Shown here: piece after piece, positions 25,210 through 32,000 of the stretch
Position numbering within the stretch: position 1 is the first letter of the stretch
Layout: every line of letters starts with the position of its first letter
Assembly: GCF_000039765.1 (NCBI RefSeq)
Contig: NC_004459.3
Span: forward strand, 120,001 to 152,000
Source of the DNA: Vibrio vulnificus CMCP6
GTDB lineage: Bacteria; Pseudomonadota; Gammaproteobacteria; Enterobacterales; Vibrionaceae
DNA length: 32,000 nt
Reading direction: 5' to 3'
Position numbers and translations under genes: made by a program
Notes under the pieces: model-generated
The model's database searches: none
The model's input: the letters and a program-made list of their open reading frames with translations, nothing else
What the model was told of the DNA's origin: nothing

Positions 25210-28035
25210 TTAATCCGAAGTCTTTTCGTTCACGTTTAGCGCGTCATCAATCAGCGCTTTCTGCTGTTTCAAGTGCACCGACATATAGCCAACGGCTGGA
25301 GAAGCTGACGCTGGACGACCAGCGTATTTCAACTCAGTTCCTGCCGGGATAGCTGCACGGAAGTTATGTTGGCTACAGTACCAAGCCCCTTGGTTTTGCG
25401 GTTCTTCCTGACACCAAACAAAATCTTCAACATTCACATAAGGTGCTATTGCCGCTTTCACGTCATCCATTGGGAATGGGTACAGCTGTTCAATACGTAC
25501 AATCGCGACATCATCTTGCTCGTTATTGCGACGCTGCTCTAGAAGGTCGAAGTAGACTTTACCTGAACAGAACACAACACGTTTCACTTTTGCCGGATCC
25601 AGTTCATCGATTTCTGGAATCGCGGGCATAAAGGTACCATTTGCCAAGTCATCGAGTGACGATGTGCATAATGGGTGGCGTAGCAATGATTTAGGAGACA
25701 TCACAATCAGTGGACGACGCATTGGACGCACAACTTGACGACGGATCATGTGATAAACCTGCGCAGGGGTTGATGGCACAACCACTTGCATGTTTTGTTC
25801 AGCACACAGTTGTAGGTAACGCTCAAGGCGCGCAGATGAGTGCTCTGGACCTTGACCTTCATAGCCGTGAGGCAACAACATGGTTAACCCACATAGTCGA
25901 GCCCACTTCTGTTCACCCGAAGAGATGAACTGGTCAATAACCACTTGTGCGCCGTTAGCAAAGTCACCAAATTGTGCTTCCCAAAGCGTCAAGCCACTTG
26001 GCTCTGCCGTTGCGTAACCATATTCAAAGGCAAGTACCGCTTCTTCAGAAAGAACCGAATCGAATACTTCAAAAGGACCTTGCTTATCATGAATATTGGC
26101 AAGAGGAACATACGTACTGGCATCGTTTTGGTTGTGCAGTACAGCATGACGATGGAAGAAGGTACCACGACCAGAATCCTGACCTGAAATACGAATGCGC
26201 TTGCCATCATCCACTAGTGTGGCGTAGGCCAAAGTTTCTGCCATCCCCCAATCTAGCTCTTTTTCACCATTGGTCATTGCCGTACGGTCGTTGTAAAGCT
26301 TGCTCACTCGGCTGTGAAGCGTGTGACTTTCTGGGTATTGGCATAAACGCTTACCTAGCTCGACTAGGCGTTGTTTATCGTAGGTATTGCTCCAAGGCGT
26401 ATCCCACTCATGGCCCAGATATGGAGACCAATCGACAGAATGTAATGCCATTGGACGCCATTCTTTAACAACCACTTCGCCGTGATCGAGTGCATCACGA
26501 TACTCGTTGACCATTTGCGTTGCGGTTTCAATGTCGCACTCGTTACGATCAATCAAAACATCAGCATACAACTTACGAGGCGTAGGATGTTTTTTGATCT
26601 TTTGGTACATCAAAGGCTGAGTAGCATTCGGCTCGTCCGCTTCATTGTGGCCATGACGGCGGTAACAAACCAAGTCAATCACCACATCGCGTTTAAACTC
26701 GTTACGGTAATCCAACGCAATACGAGTCACGAAAGCTACCGCTTCAGGGTCATCTGCGTTTACGTGGAAAATCGGTGCCTGTACCATCTTCGCAATATCA
26801 GTACAGTACATCGTTGAGCGGGTGTCGCGTGGGTTAGACGTCGTAAAACCAACTTGGTTATTGACGACCACACGCACCGTGCCACCAACGCAGAAGCCAC
26901 GTGCTTGAGACATGTTGAATGTTTCAGCAACAACCCCTTGACCCGCGATCGCAGAGTCACCATGGATGGTAATCGGCAACACTTTGCTACCGTCATCGTC
27001 GCCCAAGCGATCTTGACGCGCACGCACAGAACCCATAACTACTGGGTTAACGATCTCTAAATGAGATGGGTTAAACGCAAGGGCTAAGTGAACGTCGCCA
27101 CCTGGTGTTGCGAAGTCCGCTGAGAAACCTTGGTGATATTTTACATCGCCCGTACCCCAACTCTCGCCATGTTTACCAGCAAACTCGTCAAATAGGTCCT
27201 GTGGCTTTTTGCCCAAGACGTTAACAAGCATATTGAGACGGCCACGGTGAGCCATGCCGATAACCACTTCGCGCATTCCGCTACGACCCGCATGACGAAT
27301 TAACTCTTTCATCATCGGAATCATTGCGTCGCCACCTTCGAGAGAGAAACGCTTCGCTCCTGGGAATTTTGCACCAAGATAGCGCTCAAGACCTTCTGCT
27401 GCCGTTAGCTCAGCAAGGAATGTACGTTTTTCATCTTTATCAAAGGAAGGTTGACCTACCACAGATTCTAAACGTTGTTGGATCCAACGCTTTTGCTCTG
27501 TGTCTGTCATGTGCATGTATTCTGCACCAATCGAACCACAGTAGGTTTTCTTAAGTGCGGTGTAGATATCTTTCAGCGGCATGGTCTCTTGACCAACAGC
27601 AAAAGAACCTACGTTGAATGTTTCTTCGAAGTCATCTTCGGTGAGATTGTGGAATGCAGGGTCTAGCTCAGCCACTGTTGGGCGTTGCCATAAACCGAGT
27701 GGATCCAATTCTGCTGCTTCATGTCCGCGGAAGCGGTAAGCATTAATCAGCTGTAGTACCTTAACTTGCTTAGCATCGACATCAGGATCACTTACCTGGA
27801 CACTATAATGCTTTGTTTCTTGAGCTAGTCGTCGGAAGTAGTCACGGACCCGTGAATGCGGCTGTTCGGCCACTTCTTTTGTTGGCTTAGGCAAGCCTTC
27901 AAAAACACGTTTCCACTCCTCACTTACCAGATCGGGGTCACTTAGATACAGTTCGTAGAGATCCTCTACGTAAGTTGCATTGGCGCCAGCCAAGTGTGAA
28001 GACTCGAGCCATGCCTTCATCACGCCGTTGTGCAT
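25210..28035 (-). CDS. sucA: 2-oxoglutarate dehydrogenase E1 component
   Basis: 941-aa ORF. Its N-terminus (MHNGVMKAWLESSHLAGANATYVEDLYE) is collinear with E. coli SucA (MQNSALKAWLDSSYLSGAN). Confidence 0.97.
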   Translation of the reverse strand: MHNGVMKAWLESSHLAGANATYVEDLYELYLSDPDLVSEEWKRVFEGLPKPTKEVAEQPHSRVRDYFRRLAQETKHYSVQVSDPDVDAKQVKVLQLINAYRFRGHEAAELDPLGLWQRPTVAELDPAFHNLTEDDFEETFNVGSFAVGQETMPLKDIYTALKKTYCGSIGAEYMHMTDTEQKRWIQQRLESVVGQPSFDKDEKRTFLAELTAAEGLERYLGAKFPGAKRFSLEGGDAMIPMMKELIRHAGRSGMREVVIGMAHRGRLNMLVNVLGKKPQDLFDEFAGKHGESWGTGDVKYHQGFSADFATPGGDVHLALAFNPSHLEIVNPVVMGSVRARQDRLGDDDGSKVLPITIHGDSAIAGQGVVAETFNMSQARGFCVGGTVRVVVNNQVGFTTSNPRDTRSTMYCTDIAKMVQAPIFHVNADDPEAVAFVTRIALDYRNEFKRDVVIDLVCYRRHGHNEADEPNATQPLMYQKIKKHPTPRKLYADVLIDRNECDIETATQMVNEYRDALDHGEVVVKEWRPMALHSVDWSPYLGHEWDTPWSNTYDKQRLVELGKRLCQYPESHTLHSRVSKLYNDRTAMTNGEKELDWGMAETLAYATLVDDGKRIRISGQDSGRGTFFHRHAVLHNQNDASTYVPLANIHDKQGPFEVFDSVLSEEAVLAFEYGYATAEPSGLTLWEAQFGDFANGAQVVIDQFISSGEQKWARLCGLTMLLPHGYEGQGPEHSSARLERYLQLCAEQNMQVVVPSTPAQVYHMIRRQVVRPMRRPLIVMSPKSLLRHPLCTSSLDDLANGTFMPAIPEIDELDPAKVKRVVFCSGKVYFDLLEQRRNNEQDDVAIVRIEQLYPFPMDDVKAAIAPYVNVEDFVWCQEEPQNQGAWYCSQHNFRAAIPAGTELKYAGRPASASPAVGYMSVHLKQQKALIDDALNVNEKTSD

Positions 28036-28136
28036 ATTTTCCCTTAACCAGTAGTTTTCACGTTTGCTGCGGTCTTCGCCGAGCTACTATAGAGCCGACA
28101 GGTTGGTTAGAACACTGTCGGCAATTTTGTTGTTTA

Positions 28137-28847
28137 TTACACCGAACGATTGACCAGCATACTCTTGATATGGCCAATAGCTTTTGTAGGATTTAGCCCC
28201 TTAGGACAAACACTTACACAATTCATAATGCCGTGGCAACGAAAAACGCTAAATGCGTCATCAAGATTAGACAAACGTTCATCTGTTGCAGTATCACGAC
28301 TGTCAATCAGCCAACGATACGCTGCCAGAAGACCCGCTGGTCCGATAAACTTGTCCGGGTTCCACCAGAATGATGGGCACGAGGTTGTACAACATGCACA
28401 CATAATACATTCGTACAAACCATCCAAATGCGCACGCTCGTCTGGTGATTGTAAGTTTTCTCGAGAAGGCGGAAGAGCACCATCTGAAATCAAGAAAGGC
28501 TTAACTTTCGCATAGTTATCGTAGAACTGTGTCATGTCAACGATAAGATCGCGAATCACAGGTAACCCAGGCAATGGACGAATCACAATTTTGTCCGCTT
28601 TCAACGCAGACAGCGGTGTGATACACGCCAAACCGTTCTTACCATTCATGTTAAGACCATCCGATCCACACACGCCTTCACGACAAGAACGACGGAAAGA
28701 GATCGTAGCGTCTTGTTCTTTCAGTAGAATCAGTGCATCCAACACCATCATGTCAGAGCCGTCTTCCACTTCCAGCACATAGTCTTTCATGTATGGTTTG
28801 GTATCTACATCCGGATTGTAACGATATACAGAGAAGTTCAGTTTCAT
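28137..28847 (-). CDS. sdhB: Succinate dehydrogenase iron-sulfur subunit
   Basis: ORF 28137..28895. E. coli SdhB begins MRLEFSIYRYNPDVD, so the likely start here is ATG at 28847 (MKLNFSVYRYNPDVD), preceded by GGAGG. Fe-S cysteine clusters are present. Confidence 0.96.
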   Translation of the reverse strand: MKLNFSVYRYNPDVDTKPYMKDYVLEVEDGSDMMVLDALILLKEQDATISFRRSCREGVCGSDGLNMNGKNGLACITPLSALKADKIVIRPLPGLPVIRDLIVDMTQFYDNYAKVKPFLISDGALPPSRENLQSPDERAHLDGLYECIMCACCTTSCPSFWWNPDKFIGPAGLLAAYRWLIDSRDTATDERLSNLDDAFSVFRCHGIMNCVSVCPKGLNPTKAIGHIKSMLVNRSV

Positions 28848-28860
28848 GTTCAGTCCTCCC

Positions 28861-30627
28861 TTAGTATGTACGTACTTTTGGTGGGAACGCATCACGATGA
28901 ACAGGCGTCATATTGACATCACGCTTGCTCATTTGCTCCGTTTCCGGGTTGTAGATAGAGTGGCATAGCCAGTTTTCATCGTCACGATCTGGGAAGTCAA
29001 AGCGGGCGTGAGCACCGCGACTTTCTGTGCGATAGTTGGCCGCAACCGCTGTTGAGAATGCCGTTTCCATCAAGTTGTCTAGCTCTAGACACTCGATACG
29101 CTGAGTATTGAACTCAGTTGATTTGTCAGAAAGATGTGCATCTTTCAGGCGCTCACGAATCACTTTCAGCTCTTCCAGACCTGTCGCCATAGCGTCACCT
29201 TCACGGAATACCGAGAAGCTGTTCTGCATACAACGTTGTAGATCTTTACGAATCTGAACAGGATCCTCACCACCTTTGCTGTTTTCCCAGCGCATGTAGC
29301 GAGAAAGTGAGGCTTCAATGTCCGATGCTGATGCATCACGCGCTTCTGCCTGCGCAGCGAGTGTTTCACCAAGGTGAAGACCCGTTGCACGACCGAATAC
29401 CACGAGGTCAAGCAGTGAGTTACCACCTAGACGGTTTGCGCCATGTACTGATACAGAAGCAATTTCACCACACGCGAATAGACCTTGAACTTCGACGTCT
29501 TTGCCATCGGCAGTTTGTTTGATCGCTTGACCAGAAACTTGCGTTGGTACACCACCCATCATGTAGTGACAAGTTGGGATAACTGGGATTGGCTCTTTCA
29601 CTGGGTCAACGTGAGCGAAGGTACGCGATAACTCACAGATACCTGGTAGACGCGATTCAAGCACATCTTTGCCTAGATGATCCAACTTGAGTTTAATGTG
29701 TGGACCCCAAGGGCCATCACAACCACGACCTTCACGGATTTCGATCATCATTGAACGTGCAACAACGTCGCGACCAGCCAAATCTTTCGCATTAGGAGCA
29801 TAACGCTCCATGAAACGCTCACCATCTTTGTTGAGAAGGTAACCGCCTTCACCACGACAACCTTCCGTCACAAGAACACCTGCACCAGCGATACCCGTTG
29901 GGTGGAACTGCCACATTTCCATGTCTTGCATTGGGACGCCAGCGCGCAGTGCCATACCAACACCATCACCAGTATTGATGTGTGCGTTCGTTGTTGAGGC
30001 GTAAATACGGCCAGCACCACCAGTTGCTAAAATGGTCGCTTTCGACTTGAAGTAGCAAATTTCACCCGTTTCCATGCATACCGCTGTACAACCCACAACC
30101 GCACCATCTTGGTTTTTCACCAGGTCAAGTGCATACCACTCAGAGAAGATCATGGTTTTGTGTTTTACGTTTTGCTGATACAGAGTGTGGAGCAATGCGT
30201 GACCAGTACGGTCAGCCGCTGCAGCGGTACGCGCCGCTTGCTCGCCACCAAACTCTTTTGACTGACCACCAAATGGACGCTGGTAGATACTGCCGTTATC
30301 AAAACGAGAGAAAGGCAGACCCATTTTCTCAAGCTCGATCACTGACTCAGGACCATTCTTACACATGTACTCAATGGCATTTTGGTCACCAATGTAGTCA
30401 GAACCTTTTACGGTGTCATACATATGCCACTGCCAATCGTCTTTGTGCGAGTTACCTAGAGCAACGGTAATACCACCTTGAGCCGATACAGTGTGTGAGC
30501 GTGTTGGAAATACTTTAGATAGCAATGCACAAGAAAGGCCTTGCTCAGAAATTTGTAGTGCAGCACGCATACCTGCACCACCAGCGCCGATTACTACGGC
30601 ATCAAATTCGCGAACTGGAATAGACAC
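28861..30627 (-). CDS. sdhA: Succinate dehydrogenase flavoprotein subunit
   Basis: 588-aa ORF ([20 protein letters not shown]; [10 protein letters not shown], the covalent-FAD His region). The GTG start directly follows the sdhD stop codon (TAAGTG). Confidence 0.97.
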   Translation of the reverse strand: MSIPVREFDAVVIGAGGAGMRAALQISEQGLSCALLSKVFPTRSHTVSAQGGITVALGNSHKDDWQWHMYDTVKGSDYIGDQNAIEYMCKNGPESVIELEKMGLPFSRFDNGSIYQRPFGGQSKEFGGEQAARTAAAADRTGHALLHTLYQQNVKHKTMIFSEWYALDLVKNQDGAVVGCTAVCMETGEICYFKSKATILATGGAGRIYASTTNAHINTGDGVGMALRAGVPMQDMEMWQFHPTGIAGAGVLVTEGCRGEGGYLLNKDGERFMERYAPNAKDLAGRDVVARSMMIEIREGRGCDGPWGPHIKLKLDHLGKDVLESRLPGICELSRTFAHVDPVKEPIPVIPTCHYMMGGVPTQVSGQAIKQTADGKDVEVQGLFACGEIASVSVHGANRLGGNSLLDLVVFGRATGLHLGETLAAQAEARDASASDIEASLSRYMRWENSKGGEDPVQIRKDLQRCMQNSFSVFREGDAMATGLEELKVIRERLKDAHLSDKSTEFNTQRIECLELDNLMETAFSTAVAANYRTESRGAHARFDFPDRDDENWLCHSIYNPETEQMSKRDVNMTPVHRDAFPPKVRTY

Positions 30628-30972
30628 TTATGCACCCCACAATACAAACAGACCAGAGAAGAAATACCCGAACAGCAGTGCGATCACACCAAGTTGTAAA
30701 CCACCACGCAATTTGGCGCACTTGATGTAGTCAGTCAGCACTTGCCATAATCCAATCCAGGCATGAATCAGGACAGAAGCGAGAGCAAGCATGGTGAAGA
30801 CTTTAGTAAAAGTGCCACCAAAAAACTGAGTCCAGGATGCATAATTGATATCTGTGAACGCACAGAAGCTAACAAGATAAATGGTGTAAAGAGTCATGAT
30901 GATGGCCGTTGCACGAATCAACAAGAAATCGTGCACACCGTTACGGCCAACAGAGGAAACGTGTTTTACCAT
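30628..30972 (-). CDS. sdhD: Succinate dehydrogenase membrane anchor subunit
   Basis: 114-aa, three-TM protein. Its ATG overlaps the end of sdhC (ATGGTAA). Confidence 0.92.
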   Translation of the reverse strand: MVKHVSSVGRNGVHDFLLIRATAIIMTLYTIYLVSFCAFTDINYASWTQFFGGTFTKVFTMLALASVLIHAWIGLWQVLTDYIKCAKLRGGLQLGVIALLFGYFFSGLFVLWGA

Positions 30973-31358
30973 ACCAAAATCCCCGCCAATAGTGATAAGA
31001 CAGCGGTGGCAGCAAATGCAACTTTGGCACTCATTGCGCCAGACTCAAGCTCTTCAAAATGGCCTAAGTCCATCATCAGGTGACGAATACCACCAGCGAT
31101 GTGGTATGCCAACGCAGTTAAAATGCCCCATAGAATAAACTTCACAAAGAAGCTATCGACGATGTCGCTTGCTTCCATAAAGCCTACTGGGGATGACAGA
31201 GAAATGGATAGTAACCAAAGCAAAATTCCCACCGCAACAAACGTAATCACACCTGACACACGGTGCAGGATGGACGCGATTGCTGTGATAGGAAAGCGAA
31301 TGGTCTGTAAATCTAAATTAACAGGTCTTGACTTTCTTTCTTTCACGGGCTTGCTCAC
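30966..31358 (-). CDS. sdhC: Succinate dehydrogenase cytochrome b556 subunit
   Basis: 130-aa ORF. RPVNLDLQTIRFPITAIASILHRVSGVITFVAVGILLWLL is nearly identical to E. coli SdhC. GTG start at 31358 is preceded by GGAG. Confidence 0.93.
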   Translation of the reverse strand: MSKPVKERKSRPVNLDLQTIRFPITAIASILHRVSGVITFVAVGILLWLLSISLSSPVGFMEASDIVDSFFVKFILWGILTALAYHIAGGIRHLMMDLGHFEELESGAMSAKVAFAATAVLSLLAGILVW

Positions 31359-31417
31359 TCAGCTCCATTGAGCATTTATTGTTATGAACGAATTTTGGCT
31401 CCCAACCCCACAAAAGT

Positions 31418-31432
31418 TAACATTTAATTAAC
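31418..31432 (-). promoter_or_regulatory. ArcA box upstream of sdhC
   Basis: The minus strand reads GTTAATTAAATGTTA, identical to the 15-bp ArcA-P consensus as I recall it. It lies 60-75 bp upstream of the sdhC start. Further GTTAAC half-sites occur at about 31473-31478 and 31533-31538. Confidence 0.65.
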
Positions 31433-31753
31433 AACATTCCGGCAAATGATTCCATTAAATTGTAAAAAACTTGTTAACAAAAAAGCTAAAAGAAACACCT
31501 CACAATTGTTTCTAGCCCCGAATTTATAAGGAGTTAACCAAAAATTTCTGCGCCACTATACGGCTGGCAACATTCTAATACAATTGATGTAACAAATTAT
31601 GCTACACAGAACAGATTTTTAACGATTTTAATGCAAAAAATAATAACAAGTGCACACAAAAAGGGAGAAGAATTGACTTTAATCTTTAACACCAGTACAA
31701 AAAAGGCACATAAACATCCTGGACGGATTAAATAATAAACAAAGGAGATTGTT

Positions 31754-32000
31754 ATGGCGGATAAGAAAGCGACCCTTCATGTTGAAGGTAAAGCGCCGAT
31801 CGAATTGCCAATTATGGAAGGTTCTTTGGGAACGCCTGTAATTGATGTTCGTAAGCTAGGAGCGAACGGCTACTTCACTTTCGACCCGGGTTTTCTTGCC
31901 ACTGCATCTTGTGAATCGCAAATAACATACATCGACGGCGGAAAAGGCATCCTGCTTCACCGTGGATACCCTATTGATCAGCTTGCAAACAACGCTGATT
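31754..32000 (+). CDS. gltA: Citrate synthase, 5' partial (runs off the window)
   Basis: The ATG at 31754, preceded by AAAGGAGA, opens [69 protein letters not shown]. This is typical GltA, and the gene is divergent from sdhC as in E. coli and V. cholerae. It is absent from the ORF track because there is no stop codon within the window. Confidence 0.93.
   Translation, partial: MADKKATLHVEGKAPIELPIMEGSLGTPVIDVRKLGANGYFTFDPGFLATASCESQITYIDGGKGILLHRGYPIDQLANNAD

Noticed and set aside
25974-26468. 164-aa plus-strand ORF, one of many 60-140 aa ORFs antisense to sucA, yoaA, fadD, feoB, sdhA and other genes
   Set aside because: These ORFs lie entirely inside, and antisense to, long well-supported genes. 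Their products are low-complexity or Arg/Cys/His-rich. No Shine-Dalgarno or family resemblance was noted for any of them. They are typical shadow ORFs.
1-32000. Mobile elements, CRISPR arrays, prophage, toxin-antitoxin or defence islands
   Set aside because: I found no transposase, integrase or Cas-like ORFs, no arrays of spaced direct repeats, no tRNA attachment sites and no obviously atypical, island-like stretch. Every large ORF apart from the 15565-19017 regulator has a housekeeping identity with conserved synteny.

Overview
This window looks like core gamma-proteobacterial chromosome. Gene order and protein sequences resemble Vibrio chromosome I, but that assignment is inferred from recalled E. 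coli and V. cholerae homologues, with no search run. About 90% is coding and most genes are on the minus strand. Left to right: rnd, fadD, an alpha/beta hydrolase, an Slp/YeaY lipoprotein, a 101-aa orphan, tsaB and yoaA (all minus); a 66-aa orphan (minus); purU (plus); yecM (minus); argS and a HIT protein (plus); feoCBA (minus); a 790-bp gap with no ORF; a 1150-aa membrane regulator and znuA (minus); znuCB (plus); the TCA block sucDCBA-sdhBADC (minus); and the 5' end of gltA (plus). I found no rRNA or tRNA genes, CRISPR arrays, transposases, integrases, phage genes or recognisable defence genes. Several ORF-track starts need trimming to internal or non-ATG starts: rnd, fadD, argS, sdhA and sdhC use GTG, and the large regulator uses TTG. 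Regulatory sites visible by eye are a near-perfect Zur box between znuA and znuC, a perfect ArcA-box 15-mer upstream of sdhC, a weak Fur-like box upstream of feoA, and several intrinsic terminators. Four observations deserve a second look: (1) an orphan four-hairpin RNA candidate of about 130 nt, ending in a strong terminator, in the gap between feoA and the regulator; (2) the 1150-aa regulator, which has a Bacteroides-type hybrid two-component (HTCS) periplasmic sensor, a transmitter lacking the phosphoacceptor His and the ATP-lid glycines, no receiver domain, and a C-terminal AraC HTH; (3) a terminator-like hairpin just upstream of argS whose two arms each carry a CGG arginine codon of a small upstream ORF; (4) a 5-copy heptamer repeat after the argS stop codon. 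None of these is proven. I see no clear multi-gene novel system here.
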